A DNA stretch of 64,000 nt from Pseudomonas aeruginosa PAO1 (GCF_000006765.1 NC_002516.2), one strand, 5' to 3'. Shown: positions 10,231-19,562, counted from the stretch's first letter. Numbers and translations are program-made. The notes: generated from the sequence alone by a model not told the origin.

Positions 10231-10653
10231 TCAGATCAGGCGAGCGAGCAACCCGCGCAGGGTTTCCTGTTCTTGCAGGGAGAGGGGGGCCAAGGCCTGC
10301 CGGTTGATCTCGCGGGCGGCCGCCAGGCCGGCCTCGAGTTCGGCGCGTCCGGCAGGACTGAGGCTGACCAGCAGGCGCCGGCCGTCGTCCGGATCGGCGC
10401 TGCGCTGGATCAGTCCCCGTTTGTCCAGGCGCTCGACGACGCCCTTGATGGTCGCGGCGTCCATGGCGGTGAGCCGGCCGAGCTGGTTCTGCGGGCAGGG
10501 TCCGGTCTCGCCGAGGCGGACCAGGGCGGCCCACTGGGTGGGTGTCAGGCCGTTGCCGATGCCATTGGCGAACAACGCTGCATAGCGCTGGTTGGCCTGG
10601 CGCAGGATGAAGCCGATCTGGTCGTCGAGGCGGTACGGGGTGGTACGGGACAT
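10231..10653 (-). CDS. MarR-family regulator (NicR/BpsR-like)
   Basis: YRLDDQIGFILRQANQR, LTPTQWAAL and MDAATIKGVVERL...DPDDGRR wHTH. Confidence 0.9.
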   Translation of the reverse strand: MSRTTPYRLDDQIGFILRQANQRYAALFANGIGNGLTPTQWAALVRLGETGPCPQNQLGRLTAMDAATIKGVVERLDKRGLIQRSADPDDGRRLLVSLSPAGRAELEAGLAAAREINRQALAPLSLQEQETLRGLLARLI

Positions 10654-10691
10654 GCTGGGCATCGGTGGTGGCGTGAGGGCTTCATTCTAGC

Positions 10692-11597
10692 TCACGGCCG
10701 GTACCAGAGTGCCTCGCGCTGAAAAGGAGTTTTTCCTGGAAGATAGGGGTTTTTCAGCTCGATTATTCTCCGCTGCCGAAGGGCAAGCTTTTCCAGCCGC
10801 GTCTTGAAATGTCGCTCGAACAGCCGTTCGAAGCTACCGTCGGCAATCGCCTTCTCCAGGCCCTGGCGAATGGCCTCGGCCAGTTCCGGGCGTTGACGCG
10901 AAACGAAGAAATAGAAGGCCGCGGGGTAGTGCAGGGCCAGGTGCTGGTCGATCGCCAGGTGCAGCCCGGCGCGGGAGGCGTCCTCCAGTTCTCCGTCGAT
11001 CACTACGACCTCGCGGGGGAAGACCTCGAAGCGGCCGGCATCGAGCATGCGGAACAGGCTCTCGTAGTTCTGGCTGGTCTTCACCTCCAGGCCGTTGGCG
11101 CGCAGGATCGGTGTGTCGGCCCAGTCCTGGCGCTGGCCGAAGCGCAGGCGGCGGAGATCGTCGAGGGTCCGCGCCGAGGCCAGGATATCCTTGTTGGCGG
11201 CGCTGACCAGGGGAATGCGCCAGCCGATCAGGCCGCGATAGATCGGAATGCGGATCGGCAGCAGGGTCTCTTCCAGGTCGTCGCGGGACTGCGCCCACAT
11301 CACCTGCAGGCCCGGATCGTCCTGCTCCAGGCGCAGTTGCGCACGGGACTGCGGCATGGGCTGCGCGCTGGGCTCCAGGCGGTAGTCGCCGCCGCTCCTG
11401 GCCAGCGCCAGTTGCAGCAGCTCGACGACGTAGGGTTCGGGGTTGCGCCCTTCGGAGTGGCGCGGATAGATCACCCGTTCGCCAGCCCCGGCATGCCAGG
11501 CCAGCAGGCCGAACAGCAGGGCCAGCCAGCGGAGCGGCGAACCCTGGCCGAGCGGCAGCGGTCTATGTTCACTCAGGCCTATCAGGAGGAATGCCAT
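10692..11597 (-). CDS. Orphan periplasmic solute-binding protein (family 3-like); start uncertain
   Basis: Signal-like RWLALLFGLLAWHAGA; LFRMLDAGRF and AIADGSFERLF typical of SBP_bac_3-like proteins. Confidence 0.75.
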   Translation of the reverse strand: MAFLLIGLSEHRPLPLGQGSPLRWLALLFGLLAWHAGAGERVIYPRHSEGRNPEPYVVELLQLALARSGGDYRLEPSAQPMPQSRAQLRLEQDDPGLQVMWAQSRDDLEETLLPIRIPIYRGLIGWRIPLVSAANKDILASARTLDDLRRLRFGQRQDWADTPILRANGLEVKTSQNYESLFRMLDAGRFEVFPREVVVIDGELEDASRAGLHLAIDQHLALHYPAAFYFFVSRQRPELAEAIRQGLEKAIADGSFERLFERHFKTRLEKLALRQRRIIELKNPYLPGKTPFQREALWYRP

Positions 11598-12630
11598 GGC
11601 TGGCCCCCGTACGCGTGCCCTGTTTTCGACATTGTTCGCCCTGTCCCTGGTGACATCCTTGACCCATGCCAGGGATTATCGCTACAGCGACGCTCACGTG
11701 CACTATGTGGATTTTTTCCAGGAAAGCGAAGGCATGCCGCGGCTGCTGGAGGCGATGGACAAAGGCCGGGTCGACCATGTGATGCTCAGCGGCGTCGCGG
11801 TCGCCAAGAAATGGCACGAGGACGAGCCGAAGCGGCCGCGCTACTACGCTGGTGACGATGCCGGAGCCTATTGGTACAGCGCCACCGACGTGATCGTGGC
11901 GGCGGCGGTGAAATCCCTGCCAGCCGAGCAGCGGCGGCGCGTGCATCCGTTCCTGACCGGTTTCAACCCGACCGACAAGAACGCCGACGCGCACATCCGT
12001 CGCATGCTGGAGCTGGACCCGGGACTCTGGCAGGGCATCGGCGAGATCTTTACCCGGCACGACGACCTCACCGCGCTGACCTACGGCGACGTGCCGAGGG
12101 CCAACAACGAGGCGCTGGCGCGGGTCTATCACCTGGCCGCCGAATTCGACCTGCCGGTGTTGCTGCACGCCAACGTCACTTCCAAGCGCGAACGCAACCC
12201 GCTGTACCTGGCGGAAATCGAGGAGCCCCTGCGCAATCACCCGCATGTGCGGTTCATCTGGGCCCATGCCGGGACCAGCATGGAGATCCATCGCCACCAG
12301 AAGAAACTGGACTTCCTCCTGCCGACCCTTCGGCGTCTGCTACAGCGCTACCCGAACCTCTACATCGACCTGTCCTGGTCGGTGTTGCGCCCGTACCTGC
12401 TGGACGAGCAGGGCAAGCCCGATCCGCAGTGGCTGGCACTGGTCGAGCGGTTTCCGCAACGCTTCATGCTCGGTTCCGATGTGGTCGGCCAGTTCGACAG
12501 CCTGCCCGAGTTGATGGCGAGCTTCGATCCGTTCCTCGACGCCTTGCCCGAGCAGGTCGCTCGCCAGGTGGCGCGGGACAACTTTCTGGCGGTGCTGCCG
12601 CGCCAGCCCGCCGATCCGCGAGGCGAATAA
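11596..12630 (+). CDS. Exported amidohydrolase-family (amidohydrolase_2) metallo-hydrolase
   Basis: Sec-type signal; DAHVH metal motif, VLLH, WAHAG and FMLGSD; AGGAGG RBS. Confidence 0.85.
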   Translation: MAGPRTRALFSTLFALSLVTSLTHARDYRYSDAHVHYVDFFQESEGMPRLLEAMDKGRVDHVMLSGVAVAKKWHEDEPKRPRYYAGDDAGAYWYSATDVIVAAAVKSLPAEQRRRVHPFLTGFNPTDKNADAHIRRMLELDPGLWQGIGEIFTRHDDLTALTYGDVPRANNEALARVYHLAAEFDLPVLLHANVTSKRERNPLYLAEIEEPLRNHPHVRFIWAHAGTSMEIHRHQKKLDFLLPTLRRLLQRYPNLYIDLSWSVLRPYLLDEQGKPDPQWLALVERFPQRFMLGSDVVGQFDSLPELMASFDPFLDALPEQVARQVARDNFLAVLPRQPADPRGE

Positions 12631-12698
12631 CCCGGATTCGTCATCAGTCTGTCATGCCGGCGTCATAGGCTCGCGCCAGTCCCATCCAGGAGTGAGTC

Positions 12699-13175
12699 AT
12701 GTCCTTCATCCGTTCTTGCATCAGTCGTTCCGTCTTCCTGCTCGGCGCCGGCGTCGCCGTGGCGGCGCAGGCCGAGGTGCGTATCGACGGCCCCATCGAA
12801 TATGGCGTGTTCGAAAGCCGCTACCAGGACTTCCAGCCCGGCGAACGGGTATTGACCCGTAGCGAGCAGAACATCCAGCAGACCACCGAAGTCCCGGCCA
12901 AGCTCGGCACCAAGTTCGGCATGCGTTATCAACTCAGCGGCAAGCAGGAAGGCGATACGCCTTTGACGCTGCTCTACCTCACCCCGGGCGTGGTCACTCC
13001 GGATGGTCAGCGGCATGACAAGTTCGAAGTGGTGCAGAAGCTGGTGCCGGGCGCGCCGACCGATGTCATGGCCTACGAATTCACCGAGCCGCACGAAGTG
13101 GTGAAGGGCGAATGGCGGTTGATGGTGTTCCAGGGCGATCGCCTGCTGGCGGAGAAATCCTTCGACGTGCGCTGA
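12699..13175 (+). CDS. Exported DUF3859-like protein
   Basis: Signal peptide (AQA cleavage site); IEYGVF, PAKLGTKFGMRY and GEWRLMVF...EKSFDV pattern. Confidence 0.75.
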   Translation: MSFIRSCISRSVFLLGAGVAVAAQAEVRIDGPIEYGVFESRYQDFQPGERVLTRSEQNIQQTTEVPAKLGTKFGMRYQLSGKQEGDTPLTLLYLTPGVVTPDGQRHDKFEVVQKLVPGAPTDVMAYEFTEPHEVVKGEWRLMVFQGDRLLAEKSFDVR

Positions 13176-13211
13176 GCGCGAGCCATGCAAAGCGCTGGTT
13201 TTCTTGTGTGG

Positions 13212-13298
13212 CGTGGATAACGCGGGGGCGCCATTCGCTCTACCGGGCAAGGGTTGCCTGCGTGCGGTAGGGCGAATAACCGCCTGCGGTTATCCGCC
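13212..13298. repeat. GTAG-family REP doublet (REPIN/BIME-like)
   Basis: Canonical copy GTAG-GGCGAATAACCGC-CT-GCGGTTATCCGCC at 13267-13298; degenerate inverted copy (rc GTAGAGCGAATGGCGCCCCCGCGTTATCCACG) at 13212-13243; lies between convergent genes. Confidence 0.8.
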
Positions 13299-13348
13299 GT
13301 TTGGGCGGCGTACGAACGGATGCCGTCGGTAGCCTGTTCGTCCTTCGA

Positions 13349-13789
13349 TCAGTCCCTGCTGACCCGGGTATCTTCCGCGGCGAGCGGACTGCCGTCGCCG
13401 GCGCGTACCTGCAGGCGCGGCACCGGCTGGCCGCTGTCGCGCTCGACCAGGCGGACATGGGATTCGTCCGGGGCGAAGAAATAGTCCTCGCCCCACTGCC
13501 GAATCGCCACCAGCAGGGGGAAGAGCGCGCGTCCCTTGTCAGTCAGACGGTATTCCTGGTGACTGCCGCTTTCGGCCGGGACCGCCACCATCACGCCGTG
13601 CTCCACCAGGTTGCGCAGGCGCGCCGCCAGGATGTTCTTGGCCAGGCCGAGGCTCTTCTGGAATTCGCCGAAGCGCGTCAGTCCTTCGAAGGCATCGCGC
13701 ACGATGAGCATCGACCAGCCGTCGCCGATCACGTCCAGCGGGCGGGCGACTGGACAACTGGCTTGCTTGTGGCTGGTGCGCTTGACCAT
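13349..13789 (-). CDS. HxlR-family winged-helix regulator
   Basis: SCPVARPLDVIGDGWSMLIVRD and EYRLTDKGRAL motifs. Confidence 0.9.
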   Translation of the reverse strand: MVKRTSHKQASCPVARPLDVIGDGWSMLIVRDAFEGLTRFGEFQKSLGLAKNILAARLRNLVEHGVMVAVPAESGSHQEYRLTDKGRALFPLLVAIRQWGEDYFFAPDESHVRLVERDSGQPVPRLQVRAGDGSPLAAEDTRVSRD

Positions 13790-13894
13790 CTGGGCGGCTC
13801 CGGAGGGGGAGAGGATCGGGTTTCATGGTAAAACCCGGGCTCCACGCTGGGCAACCGGAGGAAGTGCGCCGCCGTGAGACGGCGCACGGCATGG

Positions 13895-15520
13895 TCAGAC
13901 GACGAAGCGGGTGACCATGTTGTTCAGGTCGATGGCCAGTTGCGACAGTTCCTGGCTGGCGGCGGCGGTCTGGTTGGAGCCGGCGGACGTCTGCAGCGAG
14001 ATGTCGCGGATGTTCACCAGGTTGCGGTCGACCTCGCGGGCCACCTGGGCCTGCTGCTCGGAGGCGCTGGCGATCACCAGGGTACGCTCGTTGATCTGGC
14101 CGACCCGCTCCGCGATCTCGTTGAGCGCCAGGCCGGCGGCTTCGGCGATCTCCAGCATGTTGCGGGCGCGTACGCTGCTGCTGTCCATGGCGCCGACCGC
14201 GGCGCCGGTGCCTTCCTGGATGTTGGCGATCATCTGCTCGATCTCGCGGGTGGATTCCTGGGTGCGATGGGCGAGGGCGCGAACCTCGTCGGCGACCACG
14301 GCGAAACCGCGGCCCTGCTCGCCGGCGCGAGCCGCCTCGATGGCCGCGTTGAGCGCCAGGAGATTGGTCTGTTCGGCGATACCGCGGATCACGTCGAGGA
14401 CCTTGGAAATGTCCTGGGCCTTTTCCGCCAGGCCGCCGACCAGCGCCGAGGTATTGTCCACTTCTTCGCTCATCAGGCGGATCGCCTGGACCGTCTCCAG
14501 TACCCGCTGGCGTCCGTTCTGCGCCGATTGCTCGGAGGCGGACGAGGCGTCCGAGGTGGAGCTGGCGTTGCGCGCCACTTCCTCGACGGCGGCGGTCATC
14601 TCGTTGACCGCGGTGGCGGCCATCTGGATTTCGTCGTTCTGCTGGGTCAGCGAGCGGTTGCCCTGCTCGGTGACGGCGCTGAGTTCCTCCGCGGCGGAGG
14701 CCAGTTGGGTCGCCGAGCTGCCGATCTGCTGGATGGTCTGGCGCAGTTGTGCCTGCATGCCCTGGAGGGCGACCAGCAGCTTGGCCGGTTCGTCGCGGCC
14801 AGAGGTGTCGATGCGGCTGGTGAGGTCGCCGGAAGCGATCACCTCGGCCACTCGCAGCGCCTCGCCGAGCGGTTGGGTGATGCTGCGGGTGAACAGCCAA
14901 GCCAGTACCACGGTAGCGAGGCCGGCGACCAGCAGTACGCCGATCACTGCGGCGAAGGCGCTGTGATAGACCTCATCGGCCGTGTGGCTGGCCTGGCTGG
15001 CGCCCTTGACGTTGAAGTCGATCAGCGCCTGCAGTTGCTGCTGGGTGGCGCGGTACTGGTCGAGCAAGGTGCTTTCGGTGTACTGGCGGGTCTCTTCCAG
15101 CGGCTTGCTGCGCGACATCTGCACCAGGGTCTGCTGGCTTTGCAGGAGCGTCTGCCGGGTAGCCAGGTAGCGCTCGTAGATCGAGCGCTCGTCGGCACCA
15201 CTGATCAGCCGTTGGTAGGCGCCCTCGCGATCGGTCAGTTCCTTGCCGATTTCCGTCATGCGGCTTTCCAGGAAGCGTTTGCTGCTGTCGTCCGCCGCCA
15301 GCACATGGGCCAGTTGCACCTGCCGCAGTTCGGCGAGCAGAACGTTCAACTCGGCGCTTTCGCGGACGCTAGGCAGCCAGTTGTCGCTGATGTCCGAAGA
15401 GGCTTCGTTGAGCGAACCCATTCGGTTCAGGGAAAAGATGCCGGTGATGACCAGCAGAGCGGTGATCAGGGCGAAACTCAGGGCGGCACGGGTCGCGATG
15501 GGCATACTGCGCAAAGACAT
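13895..15520 (-). CDS. Methyl-accepting chemotaxis protein (4HB sensor), 541 aa
   Basis: Two TM segments, HAMP, signalling domain [34 protein letters not shown]. Confidence 0.96.
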   Translation of the reverse strand: MSLRSMPIATRAALSFALITALLVITGIFSLNRMGSLNEASSDISDNWLPSVRESAELNVLLAELRQVQLAHVLAADDSSKRFLESRMTEIGKELTDREGAYQRLISGADERSIYERYLATRQTLLQSQQTLVQMSRSKPLEETRQYTESTLLDQYRATQQQLQALIDFNVKGASQASHTADEVYHSAFAAVIGVLLVAGLATVVLAWLFTRSITQPLGEALRVAEVIASGDLTSRIDTSGRDEPAKLLVALQGMQAQLRQTIQQIGSSATQLASAAEELSAVTEQGNRSLTQQNDEIQMAATAVNEMTAAVEEVARNASSTSDASSASEQSAQNGRQRVLETVQAIRLMSEEVDNTSALVGGLAEKAQDISKVLDVIRGIAEQTNLLALNAAIEAARAGEQGRGFAVVADEVRALAHRTQESTREIEQMIANIQEGTGAAVGAMDSSSVRARNMLEIAEAAGLALNEIAERVGQINERTLVIASASEQQAQVAREVDRNLVNIRDISLQTSAGSNQTAAASQELSQLAIDLNNMVTRFVV

Positions 15521-15565
15521 GATGGCGGATTCCAGGGGGCAGGAGAGAGACGGGGCTGATCAGTT

Positions 15566-15592
15566 CTATCGGCAGGCGGGGCACCAGGTTTA
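15566..15592 (-). promoter_or_regulatory. FliA (sigma28) promoter of the MCP gene
   Basis: Minus strand reads TAAA-N15-GCCGATAG, matching the TAAA-N15-GCCGATAA consensus. Confidence 0.8.
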
Positions 15593-15630
15593 GCCCGTTC
15601 ATGCAGTTCGGGTAAAGAAACGCTGGGTAC

Positions 15631-15653
15631 AAAAAAGCGCCCCGAAGGGCGCT
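15631..15653 (-). terminator. Rho-independent terminator of fabAB
   Basis: AAGCGCCC-TTC-GGGCGCTT stem followed by a U tract on the minus strand. Confidence 0.85.
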
Positions 15654-15673
15654 TCATGCGGCGATGGAGGGAA

Positions 15674-16891
15674 TCAACCCTGCCAGCGCTTGAGGACCAG
15701 GGTGGCGTTGGTGCCGCCGAAGCCGAAGCTGTTGCTCATGACGGTATCGAGCTTGGCGTTCTCGCGGGTCTCGCGGAGAATCGGCAGGTCGGCCACTTCC
15801 GGGTCGAGTTCGTCGATGTTGGCGGAGCCGGCGATGAAGCCGCCTTCCATCATCAGCAGGCAATAGATCGCCTCGTGTACGCCGGCGGCGCCCAGCGAGT
15901 GGCCGGACAGGCTCTTCGTCGAGCTGATGGCCGGCGCCTTGTCGCCGAACACTTCGCGCACGCCTCGGATCTCGGCGACGTCGCCGACCGGGGTGGAGGT
16001 GCCGTGGGTGTTCAGGTAGTCGATCGGCGCGTCGACGGTGGCCAGCGCCTGCTGCATGCAGCGGATCGCGCCTTCGCCGCTCGGGGCGACCATGTCGTAG
16101 CCGTCGGAGGTGGCGCCGTAGCCGACGATCTCGGCGTAGATCTTGGCGCCGCGCTTGAGCGCATGCTCCAGCCCCTCGACCACCACCATGCCGCCGCCGC
16201 CGGCGATGACGAAGCCGTCACGCTTGGCGTCGTAGGCGCGGGAGGCCTTTTCCGGCGTCTCGTTGTACTGGGTGGAGAGGGCGCCCATGGCGTCGAACAG
16301 GCAGCTCTGGCTCCAGTGTTCCTCTTCGCCGCCGCCGGCGAAGACCACGTCCTGCTTGCCCAGCTGGATTTGTTCCATGGCCTGGCCGATGCAATGCGCG
16401 CTGGTGGCGCAGGCGGAGGAGATCGAGTAGTTGACGCCCTTGATCTGGAACGGCGTGGCCAGGCAGGCCGATACGGTGCTGCCCATGGTGCGGGTCACGC
16501 GGTATGGGCCGATGCGCTTGACGCCTTTCTCGCGCAGGGTATCGATGGCTTCCATCTGGTTCAGGGTGGAAGCGCCGCCGGAGCCGGCGATCAGGCCGGT
16601 GCGGGGGTTGGAAATCTGTTCCGGAGTCAGGCCGGAGTCCTTGATCGCCTGCTCCATCGCCAGGTAGGCGTAGGCGGCGGCATCGCCCATGAAGCGGAAG
16701 ACCTTGCGATCGATCAGCTCTTCGAGGTTCAGGTCGACCGAACCGGAAACGTGGCTGCGCAGGCCCATCTCGGCGTAGGACGGATTGAAGCGAATGCCGG
16801 GCCGACCCGCACGGAGGTTGGCGGAAACGGTGTCTTTGTCATTGCCGAGGCAGGAAACGATGCCCAGACCGGTGATAACGACGCGACGCAT
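15674..16891 (-). CDS. fabB: Beta-ketoacyl-ACP synthase I
   Basis: [11 protein letters not shown] (active Cys), HGTST, GHSLGA and [11 protein letters not shown]. Confidence 0.98.
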   Translation of the reverse strand: MRRVVITGLGIVSCLGNDKDTVSANLRAGRPGIRFNPSYAEMGLRSHVSGSVDLNLEELIDRKVFRFMGDAAAYAYLAMEQAIKDSGLTPEQISNPRTGLIAGSGGASTLNQMEAIDTLREKGVKRIGPYRVTRTMGSTVSACLATPFQIKGVNYSISSACATSAHCIGQAMEQIQLGKQDVVFAGGGEEEHWSQSCLFDAMGALSTQYNETPEKASRAYDAKRDGFVIAGGGGMVVVEGLEHALKRGAKIYAEIVGYGATSDGYDMVAPSGEGAIRCMQQALATVDAPIDYLNTHGTSTPVGDVAEIRGVREVFGDKAPAISSTKSLSGHSLGAAGVHEAIYCLLMMEGGFIAGSANIDELDPEVADLPILRETRENAKLDTVMSNSFGFGGTNATLVLKRWQG

Positions 16892-16902
16892 GCGGATAAC
16901 CC

Positions 16903-17418
16903 TTAGAAGCTGTCAGTGGAGGTGAACAGGCCGACGCGGAGGCCTTCGGCACTGTAGATTTCGCGGCCATCGACGCTGACGGTGCCGTCGGCGATGGCCA
17001 GGACCAGCGAACGATTGATCGTGCGCTTGATATGAATGTTATACGTGACCTTCTTCGCTGTCGGCAGAACCTGACCGAAGAACTTCACTTCGCCCGAACC
17101 TAGGGCGCGGCCGCGGCCGGGGTTGCCCTGCCAGCCGAGGTAGAAACCGACCAGCTGCCACATGGCATCCAGGCCCAGGCAACCGGGCATGACCGGATCG
17201 CCTTCGAAGTGACAGGCGAAGAACCACAGGTCCGGGTTGATATCCAGCTCGGCGACCAGCTCGCCCTTGCCATACTTGCCGCCGACATCGCTGATGTGAA
17301 CGATGCGATCGATCATCAGCATGTTGGGGGCGGGAAGTTGCGCGTTACCCGGGCCGAACAGCTCGCCGCGACTGCAGCGCAGCAGGTCTTCTCGGGTGAA
17401 GGCGTGTTGTTTGGTCAT
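16903..17418 (-). CDS. fabA: Beta-hydroxydecanoyl-ACP dehydratase/isomerase
   Basis: [11 protein letters not shown] and [25 protein letters not shown]. Confidence 0.98.
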   Translation of the reverse strand: MTKQHAFTREDLLRCSRGELFGPGNAQLPAPNMLMIDRIVHISDVGGKYGKGELVAELDINPDLWFFACHFEGDPVMPGCLGLDAMWQLVGFYLGWQGNPGRGRALGSGEVKFFGQVLPTAKKVTYNIHIKRTINRSLVLAIADGTVSVDGREIYSAEGLRVGLFTSTDSF

Positions 17419-17553
17419 GCGAGCTCCTCAAAAATCCCTGAACTGCAGGGTTGTGGCGGTTCGTCCAGCGGCCGTCGCGCCGGGTTATTGTATCGGCGTC
17501 GCAGCGGCAGCCTAGTCATAGACTGTTGCGTTGCGGTGAAAGTCACAGTGTCC

Positions 17554-17571
17554 GGCGAACAGATGTTCACT
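17554..17571. promoter_or_regulatory. DesT/FabR-type operator upstream of fabAB
   Basis: GGCGAACAGATGTTCACT (GAACA-N2-TGTTC core) resembles the FabR/DesT palindrome; DesT control of fabAB is established in P. aeruginosa. Confidence 0.75.
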
Positions 17572-17606
17572 TTATTCCCGCGTCCGCTTGCCGCCCTTGT
17601 CGTAGA

Positions 17607-19562
17607 TCATTCCGGCTCCCCTCGTCCGGTTTCGTTCGACGTCACGGGGAGTTCCGGCTGCGAGCCGATCCAGCGTTGCAGTATGCGTTGCAATTCCGCC
17701 CGTTTGAATGGCTTGGCCAGGTAATCGTTCATTCCCGCCTGCAGGCAGTTCTCCCGATCGCCCTGCAGGGCGTTGGCGGTCAGGGCGATGATCGGTACCC
17801 GCCGGCCGTTCTCCTGGGCCCTGATTTCCCGTGTCGCCGAGTAGCCGTCGAGCACCGGCAGGCGGCAGTCCATCAGGATCGCGTCGTAGCGCTGGCGCTC
17901 GGCGCTGCGTACCGCCTGGATACCGTCGGCGACCAGGGTGACGCGATAGCCGAGGCTGCGCAACATGGCTTCTATGACTGTCTGGTTCACCGGATTGTCC
18001 TCGACCAGGAGGATTTCCTGACCGGCGGCGACCGGGGCGGCGTCGCCGGCGGCCTGCTGCCGGTGCGCCGGCGACTGCTGGAAGGGCAGCGGAATCTCCA
18101 GGGTGAAGGTCGATCCCGAGCCTTCCTTGCTCTCTGCCTGCAGGGTGCCGCCCATCCGTTCCGCCAGGGTCCTGGCGATCGCCAGGCCGAGCCCGGTGCC
18201 GCCGTAGCGCCGGGAAATCGACGAATCCGCTTGCTGGAAGGCGTCGAACATATGTTCCAGGCGTTCCGGCGAGATGCCGATGCCGCTGTCGTGCACCGCG
18301 CAGGTCAGCCACAGTACGTCGTGATCGAGCGCCTGCCACTCCAGGCTGAGATGGATGGCGCCTTCCTCGGTGAATTTCAGCGCATTACCCAGCAGATTCA
18401 CCAGGATCTGTCGGATCCGCGTCGGATCGCCGCAGACCTCGATATTCTCCAGGCCGGCCTGGATCTGCAATTCCAGCGCCAGTCCGCGTTGCTGGGCGCT
18501 GTGCTGGAACACCAGGGCGGAGCCTTGCACCAGTTCCAGCAGGTTGAAGGGAATGCACTCCAGTTCCAGCGCGCCGCGTTCGATCCTTGAGAAATCGAGA
18601 ATGTCGTTGATGACCTTCAGCAGGTGTTCGGTGGACTCGGTGGCCAGCGCCGTGTACTCGGCCTGTTCGCGGGTCTGCTCGGTGGTTTCCAGCAGTTGCA
18701 GCATGCCCAGCACGCCGTTCATCGGGGTGCGAAGCTCGTGGCTCATCATCGCCAGGAAGTCGGACTTCGCCCGGTTCGCCTGCTCCGCTTCCTCGCGGGC
18801 GCTGATCAATTGGCCGATCGCCTGTTCCTGTTCCCGGCTCGCGCGGTCCAGCCCGCTGGCGAGATTGTTGATGTGACGGGCCAGGTCGCCGATCTCGCCG
18901 TCGTCGAGGATCGGCAGGCTGGTCTTGTAGTCGCCGCTCTGGATCGCCTCGACCGCCTGGCCCATGGTACTGATCGGCGCCGACAGGCGCTGCGCCAGGC
19001 GGCGCGCGACGAGGAAGGTGAGGATCAGGGCGAAGGCGGCCAGCAGGGCGGCCTTCAGGAGGATTTCCTGTTGCCGCTGGCTGAAGGCGTCGTTGGACAT
19101 GCCGACCACCACCCGGCCGAGGTAGTCCTCGCCGGACTGGCCGTCGCCTTCGCTGGCGCCGTCCAGCAGCGGGTCGCTGGCCAGGGCGATGCGCTGGCGC
19201 TGGATGGTGGAGTGGAAGATGTCGATCGGCGCGGCGTTCTGCAACGCGCCGGACAACTGTTCGACGTACACCAGGATATTGTCGTTGCGGTCGCGTACCT
19301 CGATGAAGCGCACATGCGGGGTGTCGAGGGTGGCCTGCAGCAGCTTCTGCAGCACGGGCGTGTTGCCGGCGATCACGCCGTATTCGGCGGCCGGCGCCAA
19401 CTGGTCGGCGATCAACTGGCCGGTATGGGTCAGTTCTTGGCGCAGGTCCTGCAAGCGGGAGTAGGTGAAGTAGGCGGTGAGCAGCAGGGTCAGCAACAGC
19501 GCCGGGCCCAGGCTGATCGCCAGCATGCGGGTACGGATGTCCCAGCCGTGGCGCTGGCTCAT
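17607..19562 (-). CDS. Hybrid sensor histidine kinase (periplasmic sensor, HAMP, HisKA, HATPase, REC; no HPt); PA1611-type
   Basis: FLAMMSHELRTPMNG, QILVNLLGNALKFT, DSGIG, GTGLGL and ILMDCRLPVLDG. Confidence 0.96.
   Translation of the reverse strand: MSQRHGWDIRTRMLAISLGPALLLTLLLTAYFTYSRLQDLRQELTHTGQLIADQLAPAAEYGVIAGNTPVLQKLLQATLDTPHVRFIEVRDRNDNILVYVEQLSGALQNAAPIDIFHSTIQRQRIALASDPLLDGASEGDGQSGEDYLGRVVVGMSNDAFSQRQQEILLKAALLAAFALILTFLVARRLAQRLSAPISTMGQAVEAIQSGDYKTSLPILDDGEIGDLARHINNLASGLDRASREQEQAIGQLISAREEAEQANRAKSDFLAMMSHELRTPMNGVLGMLQLLETTEQTREQAEYTALATESTEHLLKVINDILDFSRIERGALELECIPFNLLELVQGSALVFQHSAQQRGLALELQIQAGLENIEVCGDPTRIRQILVNLLGNALKFTEEGAIHLSLEWQALDHDVLWLTCAVHDSGIGISPERLEHMFDAFQQADSSISRRYGGTGLGLAIARTLAERMGGTLQAESKEGSGSTFTLEIPLPFQQSPAHRQQAAGDAAPVAAGQEILLVEDNPVNQTVIEAMLRSLGYRVTLVADGIQAVRSAERQRYDAILMDCRLPVLDGYSATREIRAQENGRRVPIIALTANALQGDRENCLQAGMNDYLAKPFKRAELQRILQRWIGSQPELPVTSNETGRGEPE

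Noticed and set aside
12622-12642. GGCGAATAAC at the amidohydrolase stop resembling a REP arm
   Set aside because: No GTAG end and no matching second arm; at most a remnant.
17536-17546. GTGA-AAG-TCAC as a Vfr/CRP site
   Set aside because: The spacer is 3 bp rather than 6 bp.
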